Part shown: positions 19,055-29,512 of the stretch, piece by piece | How positions within the stretch are numbered: position 1 is the first letter of the stretch | How the letters are laid out: each line of letters starts with the position of its first letter | From: a virus | Lineage: Duplodnaviria > Caudoviricetes | IMG/VR virus record: IMGVR_UViG_3300028591_000071 | Reading direction: 5' to 3' (one strand) | DNA: 64,000 nt | The notes under the pieces: generated by a model | Told to the model about the DNA's origin: nothing | Database searches by the model: none | The model's input: only the letters and a program-made list of their open reading frames with translations | Made by a program: the position numbers and the translations under genes

Positions 19055-20179
19055 ATGGTTATAAACAAATTCAAGAAAACTGGGAATGTAAATCTCCCAT
19101 TTACAGAATCAGGCTACTACGGCGATGTCGATGGACTTTCGCTGCAGAACATGTTCTATGCAAGAAACGGCGTTTTTCCAAGTTGTTTTTTGTTTGATTA
19201 CGAAACAAGGACAAACGGAGATTTCACCTTTGACACGCACAAGATGTCAAAATACCTCATAGAGAACATAGACCCCGAAGAGAATGTGGAAATATCCACT
19301 TATTATACAAAGATTCTTGGGAGTCCAGAAGACAAACTCGAACTTGGGTTCTGTATTATTCTCAACAAGAGTAAGATTTATGCCCGTTTTGAGAAAAGGG
19401 TTACCGAATCGTATATCCTTTATACAAACGACCATGCGGACGAATTTGAGAAGTTCCTTGAAATGGTGCTTCAGTTCTATGTCGCTCCAACGGGCGAGGA
19501 AAACACATATTGGAGAATCTGTTCTGCGCAGGGAGGATACTACCTTGAAAAGGGTAACACAAAGTGCCCTCCGAATTTCGATGTTGCAAAATTATACAAC
19601 GACTCATTTGCTGCGGAAGATGAAAAGATTCAAAAATTCATCGAGGAAAAGGAGAACAGCGGCCTTGTAATCCTTCACGGAGAAAAGGGAACGGGTAAGA
19701 GTTCATATATCAAACACCTTATCAACAAACACCCTGACAAGAAATTCGTTTTTGTTCCCGCCGCCATGATTAGGCTTCTTGGGGATACCTCTTTCGGGTC
19801 GTTCCTTTCAACCCTCAACGAGCATGTAATTATCCTTGAGGATTGCGAGGGTGCAATCAGGGACAGGAAGAATCAAATGTTCGGGGATACCGCAGCCGTA
19901 TCACTCCTTCTTAACATGACGGACGGAATTCTCGCAGATGACCTTAACATGAAGTTCATCTGTACCTTCAACGAGGACATGAACAACATTGATTCGGCTC
20001 TCTTGAGAAAGGGAAGATGCGTGTCAAAGTATGAATTTGAGCCGCTTTGTGCTGAAAAGGCGCAGAAACTACTCAGCGAGCGAGGAATTGATGCACTCGT
20101 AACAAAACCGCTTACGCTTTCAGACATCTTCCATTATGAAGATGATGATTACCAAATAAAGAAGAAATCAATAATCTAA
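19055..20179 (+). CDS. AAA+ ATPase
   Basis: [33 protein letters not shown]. Confidence 0.85.
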   Translation: MVINKFKKTGNVNLPFTESGYYGDVDGLSLQNMFYARNGVFPSCFLFDYETRTNGDFTFDTHKMSKYLIENIDPEENVEISTYYTKILGSPEDKLELGFCIILNKSKIYARFEKRVTESYILYTNDHADEFEKFLEMVLQFYVAPTGEENTYWRICSAQGGYYLEKGNTKCPPNFDVAKLYNDSFAAEDEKIQKFIEEKENSGLVILHGEKGTGKSSYIKHLINKHPDKKFVFVPAAMIRLLGDTSFGSFLSTLNEHVIILEDCEGAIRDRKNQMFGDTAAVSLLLNMTDGILADDLNMKFICTFNEDMNNIDSALLRKGRCVSKYEFEPLCAEKAQKLLSERGIDALVTKPLTLSDIFHYEDDDYQIKKKSII

Positions 20180-20180
20180 T

Positions 20181-20396
20181 ATGCCAAAAACACAACCATT
20201 ATCAGCCGAAGGTGTTGTAACCGAGGCTCTTCCAAATGCCATGTTCAGGGTTGAGCTTGACAACGGATACAACATACTTTGCGTTGCAAGTGGAAAAATG
20301 AGAAAGAACTATATTAAAATAATAGTCGGTGATAAGGTAAAGATAGAGATGACCCCTTATGACCTGACGAGAGGACGAATAGTAACAAGATTATAA
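20181..20396 (+). CDS. infA: Translation initiation factor IF-1
   Basis: [49 protein letters not shown] is the canonical IF-1 sequence. Confidence 0.95.
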   Translation: MPKTQPLSAEGVVTEALPNAMFRVELDNGYNILCVASGKMRKNYIKIIVGDKVKIEMTPYDLTRGRIVTRL

Positions 20397-20419
20397 ACCA
20401 TTTTTAAACATTTTTAGTT

Positions 20420-20848
20420 ATGCTTAATTCATTGATTAGATTGCTTGACGATTCCAATCTTGATTATCTTGAGAATCGCCTCAGTGCGGGTATTGACCGC
20501 TTCAAGAAGGCTTTTGGCGCCGCTTTTACTTCACTTGAGGACAAGGAAGACCATTATGAACTCGCTCTTGATGTCGCTGACGACGCAAAGGCAAGCAATG
20601 TCTCCGTTAATTATGATGACGAGACCCGTGAACTCTCTGTCGAGTATAAGTACGAGTCTGCCAATTATAAGAACACAGCCACTGTCATTGAGACTTTGCC
20701 TGTAGATGCGGATGAGGAGACTATTGGCGCAACCGTAGAAAACGGAAAGTTCACGCTTACCGTTTGGAAAAAGGTTGTTGAGGATAATGAGCCTGAAGAG
20801 GAAGTTTCAGATGTGATTGTTCCAATCAACAGAAAGAACCGCAAGTAA
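20420..20848 (+). CDS. Small heat-shock protein (Hsp20-like)
   Basis: EDHYELALDV..VSV..LPVDAD..IGATVENGKFTLTV.K alpha-crystallin pattern. Confidence 0.7.
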   Translation: MLNSLIRLLDDSNLDYLENRLSAGIDRFKKAFGAAFTSLEDKEDHYELALDVADDAKASNVSVNYDDETRELSVEYKYESANYKNTATVIETLPVDADEETIGATVENGKFTLTVWKKVVEDNEPEEEVSDVIVPINRKNRK

Positions 20849-20849
20849 A

Positions 20850-20884
20850 AAAAACAAGGGAGGGCTTGATGCTCTCCCTTTTTA
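20850..20884. terminator. Bidirectional terminator
   Basis: AAGGGAGGGC-TTGAT-GCTCTCCCTT-TTT. Confidence 0.75.
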
Positions 20885-21604
20885 TTTCATATAGTTGTTT
20901 ATGAATTCAAGCAAATCAGAATATCCGCTGTTGAATGCCATCCGTTCCCCAAATTCTTCGCAGAGGTCTTCTTCGTCAAAACCAAGCAGCCACCTGACGG
21001 CTTTCAGTTTTTTACCTTTGAATATTCCCGTTCCCCGCTGAGTGTCAAGCCTTCTCTGCTGCTTAATCCAATCAATGAGCCCGTGGCCACATTCATGCCA
21101 AAGACTTACCCTTATTTGGTCTATCACATCGTCGTAGGTTATGAAATCATCTTCATCTTCGAGCCATGACATTATAGCAGCCTTATTCACGGAAAATCTC
21201 ATGCAGCCATCACGCCTGACGCTTCTGTTCTGATACACAGCCACGCAGTCAGCGTAATATCCCGAAAAATCGTAACGCTTGTTGAACTTCGCCTTTATTC
21301 CGAATTGCGATAGATATTCGTTTATTAACTGGCATATTTGCGAGACTTCGTCATCGAAATTCTGTTCAACCATATCGGAAACCTCAGATTCGGCAATCAT
21401 CCTGACTGATTCATAGACCATTTTCCTGATGTCATCCTCACATAGGTCAATCTTGTGTTTTTCCTTTCTCGTGTAGGCTTTCTTGTTTCTCGTCTTGGTT
21501 GTCCTGAACACAGTCGGCTTACCGTGATGTTCGATGTCTTCCCGTCTTCTCTCAGCACCGTCACGCTTGATTATGTCTCTGTTTATGTCAGTCTTTTTCG
21601 GCAT
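20882..21604 (-). CDS. Fusion: ArfA-like basic peptide, shared targeting-like motif, HExxH domain
   Basis: HGKPTVFRTTKTRNKKAYTRKEKHK; LCEDDIRKMVYESVRMIAE; WHECGH. Confidence 0.6.
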   Translation of the reverse strand: MPKKTDINRDIIKRDGAERRREDIEHHGKPTVFRTTKTRNKKAYTRKEKHKIDLCEDDIRKMVYESVRMIAESEVSDMVEQNFDDEVSQICQLINEYLSQFGIKAKFNKRYDFSGYYADCVAVYQNRSVRRDGCMRFSVNKAAIMSWLEDEDDFITYDDVIDQIRVSLWHECGHGLIDWIKQQRRLDTQRGTGIFKGKKLKAVRWLLGFDEEDLCEEFGERMAFNSGYSDLLEFINNYMK

Positions 21605-22416
21605 TACTTAAGCGATTTGATATAGTTTATTATTCCGTCAACATGTGTCTTAATCACGGCTTCTCTTCCTGAGGCAGAAAGGATATACGACACATCGTCA
21701 GGGTTATCGTAGAAGAAATTTTCCGTAAGGACTGCCGGGCACAGAGACTTATAGATAACCGTGAAATTTGCCTCCCAATCCCTGTCTCCATCGGACATGT
21801 CTTTTCTTATAGCCCTTCCTTTGAAGTTTTTCTCCGCTTCGTCATAAAGTGCTTCAGCGAGTTTGTCGCTCTTCGTAGTACCCTTTGTCGTATACGCGCT
21901 CCACCCTTTAGCCTTCATCCATTCGCTTCCATTTCCTGCTGCGTTAGAGTGAATAGACACCAAGATGCAGTTTGCTGCGCCAAGTTTTTTACAGAAGGCG
22001 TTCACCCTGTTTGCCCTTTCTGTAAGGGATATGTCACTTTCTTCCTTTACGAGGAGTTCGGCATCGTATCCACGGCGTACCAATTCGTCAACAATCGGCT
22101 TTGCAATCTCCCTGTTCCACTTATATTCGTAGAACTCTATTTCAGGTTTAACCTTCGCAGCACACCAAGGACTTCTTTTTCCCGGCGTGTTCGTTCCGTG
22201 CCCGTTGTCTATGAGAATCTTTATATTTGACTTCTTTCCTGTCAGCGTTATTGTTTCTTCCGTTGTGCCGCTCTCTTCTTTGGGCTCTTCTTCGTGTATC
22301 GGCTCTGTGACGGTAATCGTTTCACCGCTTTCAACGCTTGGCTCAGATACGATTGGCTCCTCTTTCTTAAAGAGCCCTTTTATAAAATCAATTAACGCTT
22401 TAAACAAATTCTTCAT
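21604..22416 (-). CDS. N-acetylmuramoyl-L-alanine amidase (Amidase_3), endolysin
   Basis: ILIDNGHG..PGKRSP..E..LVSIHSNA..PAVLTENFF. Confidence 0.9.
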   Translation of the reverse strand: MKNLFKALIDFIKGLFKKEEPIVSEPSVESGETITVTEPIHEEEPKEESGTTEETITLTGKKSNIKILIDNGHGTNTPGKRSPWCAAKVKPEIEFYEYKWNREIAKPIVDELVRRGYDAELLVKEESDISLTERANRVNAFCKKLGAANCILVSIHSNAAGNGSEWMKAKGWSAYTTKGTTKSDKLAEALYDEAEKNFKGRAIRKDMSDGDRDWEANFTVIYKSLCPAVLTENFFYDNPDDVSYILSASGREAVIKTHVDGIINYIKSLK

Positions 22417-25009
22417 CTCCGTTCCTCCTTCTATCAACATCTATTATTGATTTGTAAATCTTGTTGAAATTTTCCCTCACCTGTACCTGTTCAGGATATA
22501 TAATCGATTGAACTATTTGCCCAATTTCAGGTTTGTTCGGATATGTAATAAAAACCGGATTTTTTGACCACGGCAGATAGCTAAATCTTATTTCTTTTCC
22601 ATTTCTCGTTGTCGTAAATTGAATTCCACCGTCATACGATTTTGACAAATCAATTCCATCCAGCAATATTCCATTCTGATTCGGAAGAAGGCTCGTATCT
22701 ATACCGTTTGTCTCAATATAGAAAAAACGATTATTGTCAATCACAGGAATATAAGCGTTGGCCGATATCCTACCACCTTGGATAATGTTCAATTTCTTTT
22801 TCAGAACGATATTCTTGTTTCCCATGATATATCCACCGGTAAGGTCTTGGTCCCAAATTACCCAAACTACGATGTTGGTGTCTGCTACGATTCCGTAAAA
22901 AACAGGCGTTTTTCTTCCACTAACCCCATTCAGAACACAAGTTCCATTGAAATAGTCGTACAAAGAAACATTATCTTTATCTTTTCCGAGATAAACGAGG
23001 CCGAGTTTTTCAAGTTGAGGAACCGTTCCATATACGCCAAATTCTCCTTCAATCGCAAACCTACCCGCTTCTATGTCAAATACATTTACATGGTCATTTT
23101 TGTCGGTAACAACGACATATCCATCATGTATATTTTGGTATGCCATCTTTTTGAACGGACCGAATATTCTTGGGCCATCCTGTCTGTCAAATGAGAATAT
23201 GTAAAAGTCTTTGCCCTCCGTTCTGCATGCCCAATAAAATCCCCTTGAAGTCATTGGTCTGCTGTAATCATCCACCGTATCACCGACCCATTTCCTATTG
23301 TCAATATCAAAGAAGCGGAAACCCGTAGAGTCTTCACATATTGCGAGGTCGCATGCCGTGGTCGAATACCATTCTATATCTTTGAATGGATGTTCAAAAA
23401 CAAATTTCTTTTCTTCAACGGAGTAGATATTCTTTCCCGGCTTTCCTTCAACGATAAAGAAATGGTCGTTGATTTTTTCGGCTATGTGGTAGTTGGCTTC
23501 GGATTCTGATTCAAGTTCATACTCAAAATATTGTCCTTTCGCACATAGTTTCCCTCCCTTCATGAACGGGGTAAAATAAGACTTTTCTGGCTTGTCATTA
23601 TGGATGAAGAAATCATATCCTTCGCTATCCATATAAAGAAGCCCGCGATTTCCGTTCACATATATCAATTCAACAAATGAGCCAGGATATGTGTTAAGTC
23701 CTGGGTTCGTTCCTTTATATTGGCGGATAAACGCCTCGATTGCTTCTGACGGTTCTACGCTTTCTATTGAAAAATCTGAATCCGCGTCTTCAAGTTCCTT
23801 TATCTTATACGGCCCATAGCCGCCATTTGCAGGGACAGCAAACACTTTACCCCCTCCCGTTGCTATAATATCAACTTCCCTTGAACATCTTATGGACAAA
23901 TCGTCTTCTTCTTCCCAATCAAAATAGGTTCCGCCCCATCGTCCGTCAGATTCTTCTCCGTAAACGAGAACCGGATATTCGTGATAATCTTTCAATATCG
24001 CTATCGGTTCGTCCGTGTTTGGATATGACTTTATGAGGAAGTCTTCGGGATTATATGGCGTATTCGGGAAAACGGAATCCGAATAGTCTTCGTTATCATA
24101 AAGAAACCAATTAACGCCGTCAATGTCGCAGTCATCATTTTCCTCAGGCATGAGGTCGAGATATCTTCCGTTATAATCGAGAACTCCGATTGCAGCGTTA
24201 ATCCTCTCTTCTTCGTATTCTATTCTTCTGCGTTCAGCGTCATTTTCCGGTCCGTTTTCTATTATTTCTCCGTATCTTTCATCCTGACTTCTGTAGAAAT
24301 CAACAACGCCCTCAGGAAAATCCATCTCAGAAATATTTACCCTGTGGTCGTACTTATCCATGAACTCGCCTGCCCAATTTTCCCATTCAAACAAGAATTG
24401 ATATCTTTTGTATGGGTATTCCTTGTTATCTTCAGGACATATTTCACTTCCCCGCCTGTCAAAATTAACCCAAAGAGGACCCTTTGATGAATATCTGTTA
24501 TAGTAATGCTGCCCATCTCCGAAAGCGCCAGCCGTACACCATTTGCACCCCTTTCCGAGTTTCTTTGCCGCCGGATATGAATGCGGGACGGCAATAGTCC
24601 ATTCGGGTGTATCATAAACGACGTCAAAGTCATTCTCTTCTTCGCTACCATCTTCCTTGTCAAGAACGGGGTCCACATCAGGAAGCATCTCAATCGCTTG
24701 TGCAACGCTTTTCATCGCATTAAGGTCAAGTCCTTGGCCGGCTCTCTCCTTGAAGAGTTTGAAAACCCTCTTCATCGTCTTATCTTTTATCGCTGAAAGT
24801 ATAACGTTTCTTTCGCTCTCCCAATGTATAAGAACCCAATTCGTGAAGTTTTTCTTCTTGGTCGGGTCTATCTCCAAAAGGTAGTTAAGAACTTCCTGCG
24901 GAACACCCTTTCCCTGTACGAACTTATATTCCATAGTCCGCTTTATCTCCTCGGGTGACTTCGCTTCGGCTATCAATCTATCGTAATATTCTTCAAGTCC
25001 TAAAATCAT
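22400..25009 (-). CDS. Large protein with a PcfJ-like domain and beta-repeat C-terminal region
   Basis: WTIAVPHSY.AA..LG..KWCTA..YQF; start MILGLEEYY after ACTATTTAT (25029-25037). Confidence 0.6.
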   Translation of the reverse strand: MILGLEEYYDRLIAEAKSPEEIKRTMEYKFVQGKGVPQEVLNYLLEIDPTKKKNFTNWVLIHWESERNVILSAIKDKTMKRVFKLFKERAGQGLDLNAMKSVAQAIEMLPDVDPVLDKEDGSEEENDFDVVYDTPEWTIAVPHSYPAAKKLGKGCKWCTAGAFGDGQHYYNRYSSKGPLWVNFDRRGSEICPEDNKEYPYKRYQFLFEWENWAGEFMDKYDHRVNISEMDFPEGVVDFYRSQDERYGEIIENGPENDAERRRIEYEEERINAAIGVLDYNGRYLDLMPEENDDCDIDGVNWFLYDNEDYSDSVFPNTPYNPEDFLIKSYPNTDEPIAILKDYHEYPVLVYGEESDGRWGGTYFDWEEEDDLSIRCSREVDIIATGGGKVFAVPANGGYGPYKIKELEDADSDFSIESVEPSEAIEAFIRQYKGTNPGLNTYPGSFVELIYVNGNRGLLYMDSEGYDFFIHNDKPEKSYFTPFMKGGKLCAKGQYFEYELESESEANYHIAEKINDHFFIVEGKPGKNIYSVEEKKFVFEHPFKDIEWYSTTACDLAICEDSTGFRFFDIDNRKWVGDTVDDYSRPMTSRGFYWACRTEGKDFYIFSFDRQDGPRIFGPFKKMAYQNIHDGYVVVTDKNDHVNVFDIEAGRFAIEGEFGVYGTVPQLEKLGLVYLGKDKDNVSLYDYFNGTCVLNGVSGRKTPVFYGIVADTNIVVWVIWDQDLTGGYIMGNKNIVLKKKLNIIQGGRISANAYIPVIDNNRFFYIETNGIDTSLLPNQNGILLDGIDLSKSYDGGIQFTTTRNGKEIRFSYLPWSKNPVFITYPNKPEIGQIVQSIIYPEQVQVRENFNKIYKSIIDVDRRRNGDEEFV

Positions 25010-25049
25010 ACTATACAATATCTCTAAGATAAATAGTTTATGCCTTCCA

Positions 25050-25081
25050 TTTGTGCTATTCAAATTATTTTTGTATATTTG
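25050..25081 (+). promoter_or_regulatory. Sigma-A-type promoter
   Basis: TTTG-N20-TATATTTG. Confidence 0.65.
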
Positions 25082-25085
25082 AGAC

Positions 25086-25691
25086 ATGGAAAACATGGTA
25101 GCAAAAATCATTCAGAAAATGAAGAAAGACGGAAAGACCCGTTTTTGGTCTCCTATGTTCGGCACTACTGAAGTTACGGAAGTGACTGATACTATGATAG
25201 AGATTCATGCCGAATACAATCATCTTAATGGCATCACACTTAACGGCGATGGAAAAATGGACGATGGCGGAGAGGTGCTTATATTCCCCGAGAAGGGCGT
25301 CAATTGGGACGAATCAATGCTGTACGACGACGGAGAAATAAAGCCGCTCGGATATTACATCACTGATGAAATCAAGGTAAGGGTAATCAAAGATGCTGTT
25401 GATAACCTTGATTTCGAACTAATTCATCGGGTAATGGACCTCCTTAATTGGACATGGTGGACGCCCGAAGGCGGCGCAGTTCCGTCCGTCTATGAATTGA
25501 AGAAAACGGTGAGCAGTTATCTTGGCGATATTCTTTCCAGAAAGGAATGCGATAATTATCACATCGCGACAGGCGGGTTTGAGTATTCATTCAGAGTTTA
25601 TGAGCCAAATGAAGGCGAGGCGGATACCTTTGACAACTGCGTTAATGTCAGTGTAAAATTTGTCTTAGATGACTTTGATTCTTTGATTTAG
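25086..25691 (+). CDS. Hypothetical protein
   Basis: ORF between a sigma-A promoter and a terminator. Confidence 0.6.
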   Translation: MENMVAKIIQKMKKDGKTRFWSPMFGTTEVTEVTDTMIEIHAEYNHLNGITLNGDGKMDDGGEVLIFPEKGVNWDESMLYDDGEIKPLGYYITDEIKVRVIKDAVDNLDFELIHRVMDLLNWTWWTPEGGAVPSVYELKKTVSSYLGDILSRKECDNYHIATGGFEYSFRVYEPNEGEADTFDNCVNVSVKFVLDDFDSLI

Positions 25692-25718
25692 GCGTTGGAA
25701 AATTCCAACGCTTTTTTT
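25692..25718 (+). terminator. Intrinsic terminator
   Basis: GCGTTGGAA-AA-TTCCAACGC-TTTTTTT. Confidence 0.8.
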
Positions 25719-25769
25719 ATGAAATCATAAATTGATGCAACGAACTATTTATAAGAAAACTTATAAGTT

Positions 25770-26252
25770 ATGAAGTGTATTGATAAAATTAAAGAACTCT
25801 GGGCAAAGATTGTTGCTTGGGTAAAGGGTGCATCATCAAAGGTTGACGACTTCATCGTCAAGTACGCACCTATCGCTGTTACGGTCGTTAACAGCATCAA
25901 GGATTTCAATGAGTCTGCAACCGCAGATGTAGTTGAGATGATTTTGTCAAATGTCAAGGATAAGTACGGCAACAAGCTTGTTCCTATCATAAGAACATGG
26001 TTGGAGGTTACCCTTCCAAAGGTTATCGATGCTCTTAACCTTGCGAATGAAGTTGCAGAAGGCGCAACGCTCGCAGAGAAGATTCTCGCGGCACAGAAGG
26101 CAATTGCTCTTCTTCCGGAGAGCCTCAATGCTACCACATGGACAACGCTTTCAACCCTTCTTGCAAACGCACTTGCTGATGACAACAAGCTCTCACTTTC
26201 TGAGGCATTCGCAATCATCGGTTATGTTTACGAGAACAATCTCAACAAGTAA
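25770..26252 (+). CDS. Hypothetical amphipathic-helical late protein
   Basis: ACTATTTAT at 25744-25752; terminator at 26274-26304. Confidence 0.6.
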   Translation: MKCIDKIKELWAKIVAWVKGASSKVDDFIVKYAPIAVTVVNSIKDFNESATADVVEMILSNVKDKYGNKLVPIIRTWLEVTLPKVIDALNLANEVAEGATLAEKILAAQKAIALLPESLNATTWTTLSTLLANALADDNKLSLSEAFAIIGYVYENNLNK

Positions 26253-26310
26253 TTCTTTGAGGGATAAAAAAAGAAATCCACTCCAATTGGGGTGGATTTT
26301 TTTTGTTTAT

Positions 26311-27643
26311 GATTTGCGAACGGGAAAACCCACTACTTTAGTGGTGGGATGAAAGCGAACTCACCTTCTTTTTTGCAAATATACATTTTTTTTACAAAAA
26401 ATCAAAACTTTTTGTAAAAACAAACTATTTATATGTAGAATGAAGGAAATTTACAAATCATACAGATTCAGAATCTACCCGAACAAGGAACAACAAGCCG
26501 TCCTTGCCCGGTATTTTGGCTCTGTGCGTTTTGTGTATAACTATTTCCTTGCTGAACGGAAACGACAATACGAAGAAAGAAATTATTCTGATAATTACTA
26601 TGCACAGGCGAAGGCGTTGACGGAACTCAAGCATTCTGAAGAATTCTCGTGGCTATCCGAAATCAATTCCCAAACCCTACAGCACGCACTTCGTCATCTT
26701 GAAACGGCATATGTCAATTTCTTCCGTGGAAATGCAAAGTTTCCCTCATTTAAATCAAAGAAAGCCAAGAATAGTTTTACTGTTCCACAGCATTGTACAA
26801 TATCAGGCAACAAAATCTATATTCCTAAGTTCAAAGAAGGCATTAAGGTAAGGGAGCACCGCAAGGTTAAGGGTACTGTAAAGAGTATGACAATTTCTTT
26901 GACACCGGCTGGTAAATACTATGTTTCCATCCTATCAAAAGAAAATTGTGAAACTATAGGCAAAACCGGTAAGGCGGTAGGTGTTGACTTGGGCTTGAAG
27001 GATTTCGTTATTACCTCCGATGGAAAGAAGTATAAGAATCATCGTTACATAAAACAATATGAAAAAAAATTAGCGGCAGCGCAAAAGCATCTTTCTCGTA
27101 AACAACACGGTAGCAATTCCTATGAAAAACAAAGAAGAAAAGTTGCCAAGATATACGAGAAAATAACCAACTGTCGTATGGATAATCAACAGAAAGTTTC
27201 TCTTGATTTAATCAGAAACTATGATGTTATCTGTTTAGAAGACTTAAACATCAAGGGGATGGTTAAAAACCGTCACATGGCAAAAGCAATCAATGACGCC
27301 TCCTGGGGACAATTTGTTTCAATGCTCTCCTATAAGGCAGAATTAAATGATAAACAGGTTGTCAAAATAGATAGATGGTATCCTTCAAGCAAAACCTGCC
27401 ACAATTGCGGGTGGGTTAATGAAGGTTTAAAACTATCCGACAGGCAATGGGTTTGCCCTCATTGTGGCGAGGTGATAGACAGAGATGTTAATGCTGCTAA
27501 AAATATCCTCTCAGAAGGATTAAGAAATATATCGGTGGGGCACACCGATTACACTGATGGAGACAGAGTAAGACTTAGTAATAAGCATCAGTCCGTGAAG
27601 TCAGGAAGAAGCCCACGATTTTAATCGTGGGGGTCTATGTCAC
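26311..27643 (+). mobile_element. IS200/IS605-family element, TnpB only (IS1341-like)
   Basis: LE hairpin CCCACTAC-TTTA-GTGGTGGG (26329-26348) after TTTAT; RE hairpin CCCACGATT-TT-AATCGTGGG (27612-27631), ending TCAC; no tnpA. Confidence 0.85.
26440..27624 (+). CDS. tnpB: RNA-guided endonuclease TnpB
   Basis: HTH YRFRIYPN; RuvC GVDLG / LEDLN / DRDVNAA; Zn finger CHNC..CPHC. Confidence 0.95.
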   Translation: MKEIYKSYRFRIYPNKEQQAVLARYFGSVRFVYNYFLAERKRQYEERNYSDNYYAQAKALTELKHSEEFSWLSEINSQTLQHALRHLETAYVNFFRGNAKFPSFKSKKAKNSFTVPQHCTISGNKIYIPKFKEGIKVREHRKVKGTVKSMTISLTPAGKYYVSILSKENCETIGKTGKAVGVDLGLKDFVITSDGKKYKNHRYIKQYEKKLAAAQKHLSRKQHGSNSYEKQRRKVAKIYEKITNCRMDNQQKVSLDLIRNYDVICLEDLNIKGMVKNRHMAKAINDASWGQFVSMLSYKAELNDKQVVKIDRWYPSSKTCHNCGWVNEGLKLSDRQWVCPHCGEVIDRDVNAAKNILSEGLRNISVGHTDYTDGDRVRLSNKHQSVKSGRSPRF

Positions 27644-27653
27644 AATGAGTTTT

Positions 27654-29411
27654 TCATTGTCCCAATAACTTTTTTACGCACTCATTTATCATTTCTTCAA
27701 TATCTTCTTGGTTGAACAATGATGGCTCTTTTAATGCCCTCTTTGTGTTTGACACTTTAGCCGCGATTGAAGTTTTCTTTGACATAAAATCATATGACGG
27801 AACAAGTTCTGACAATTTTTTTATAGCATCATGTGTGTCAGTAACATTGGTTATAGTGACCGGTTTTCCGTTAATTCTAAATGTTAAAGAAGGAATAACA
27901 ATGTCTGATGGTTTTCTTCCCCTCTTTTTAGGCTCTCCATTTACTTTATCCAATTTTTTGAGTTTCGATGCGGCTGCGTTACCTCTTTGATATTGTGTAA
28001 CAATACCCTTTCGCCTGTCTTTCATCCTCTCATATGCCGCATGGTTTCTTGCTTTCTTGTCTTTGTCCGCAGTCTTTATATCTTCATCATGCGGCCATAT
28101 CATTTTCATTATATTCGCCGCCGCCACAAACAATTTCTTATAATTGTCAAGGTTAAACCTTTCTTCAATTATCTTGAAGATTGAATGTATCATTGATTTC
28201 GATATGCCCTTAAGAAAATCAAACTTTGGATTGCTGCTAAAACAATATTTTGCTATTTCCGAATTAGTCAAAGATTCGTATGTAGAAAATATCATATCGG
28301 TTATCTTCTTGTTCAAACTCGGTTCCCTTATCGGGCCGGTCAATTCTTTAATGACACTAAGAACATTTTCTGCTGAGAATAATGAATTGAATCTGAAAAG
28401 ACCGGTATGCATGTTAGATTCGTTAACGGGCACTAGATTGCCATATTTTTCCATGAAAAGAACAATCCAAACAAAGACGGCGAGATTTTTGAGTTTTGCA
28501 CTCTCAATCAACTTCGGCATTCTTTTTTTCTTTGCCTGCATCGTGTCTAATTTATCTGTTATTTCCGGTCTCCATGTAAGCGGAGATATGCCAACTTTTT
28601 CTCCCGCGCTTTTAATTCTCTCAAAATCAGGCCTGTTATATGATTTAAAATCCCCATAGACATGAATCTTCCCTTCAACGGGGGTTCCTTTTGCTAAATC
28701 CAAAATTTCTTTAGCGTCAACTATAGAATCTTTGGACGATGCCAATATATCTATCCTCGTAATATAATTGAGTATTCCGTCAAAATCGTATGTGTAGCCA
28801 AACAATCTATCTTCGGCTTGTTTAATCATTGACATTTTTGTTGCGTCACCGTTCGCCCATTTGCCCGAGGTAGTTTGAAGGTTGTGTTTATGGACCTTTC
28901 CGTTCTCATCAGTATATGGCCCGAAAAAATCTATTGGCTTTATAACGCGGCCGGCGGACAATGCCCTTCCATCAAATGTTATTCTTGCAGAGCCAACACT
29001 GTTTGGTAATGTTGGGGATACATTTATCTGTTTTCCTCCCTTTCCGTATGAGGCATTAGGGTCTATTGCCTTTGTATAGCCCCAGTTTGCGTTTGGACTT
29101 CTTGTAAGACTTAGATAATGAGTGTAATTACCTTCTCGTCCCAATATTTGTTTATCAACTTTTCCAGGATGGCTTAGTGAGAAATATCCGCCATTCTTTC
29201 CGTTGTTCTGGAGCATTGACTTTATTGAGTTTATGCTTGTAAAATGGTATAGAATTTCAGAGCCGCCCCTTTCATTTATTTTGTTTTCGTTTAGTGCGGA
29301 TTGATGGTCGAATTTACTCCTGTCATGGCATAGCGTTCCCATATTCCTTTCAAGGAGCAAGGAAACACATTCTGTAACCATCTTGCGTATATCTGATTCT
29401 AAAAATACCAT
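27654..29411 (-). CDS. Putative ADP-ribosyltransferase-fold virion protein, targeting-like motif at both ends
   Basis: LYHFT / LSLTRS / QAEDR triad; N-terminal FLESDIRKMVTECVSLLLE; C-terminal QEDIEEMINECVKKLL. Confidence 0.5.
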   Translation of the reverse strand: MVFLESDIRKMVTECVSLLLERNMGTLCHDRSKFDHQSALNENKINERGGSEILYHFTSINSIKSMLQNNGKNGGYFSLSHPGKVDKQILGREGNYTHYLSLTRSPNANWGYTKAIDPNASYGKGGKQINVSPTLPNSVGSARITFDGRALSAGRVIKPIDFFGPYTDENGKVHKHNLQTTSGKWANGDATKMSMIKQAEDRLFGYTYDFDGILNYITRIDILASSKDSIVDAKEILDLAKGTPVEGKIHVYGDFKSYNRPDFERIKSAGEKVGISPLTWRPEITDKLDTMQAKKKRMPKLIESAKLKNLAVFVWIVLFMEKYGNLVPVNESNMHTGLFRFNSLFSAENVLSVIKELTGPIREPSLNKKITDMIFSTYESLTNSEIAKYCFSSNPKFDFLKGISKSMIHSIFKIIEERFNLDNYKKLFVAAANIMKMIWPHDEDIKTADKDKKARNHAAYERMKDRRKGIVTQYQRGNAAASKLKKLDKVNGEPKKRGRKPSDIVIPSLTFRINGKPVTITNVTDTHDAIKKLSELVPSYDFMSKKTSIAAKVSNTKRALKEPSLFNQEDIEEMINECVKKLLGQ

Positions 29412-29512
29412 ATTACTAATAGATAAATAGTCCGTTACAGGTCATTTGTTATGCATTTTAATAATTTAACAAAAACCGAATAAAATAGTATTTATTATTA
29501 AAGACAATTATT

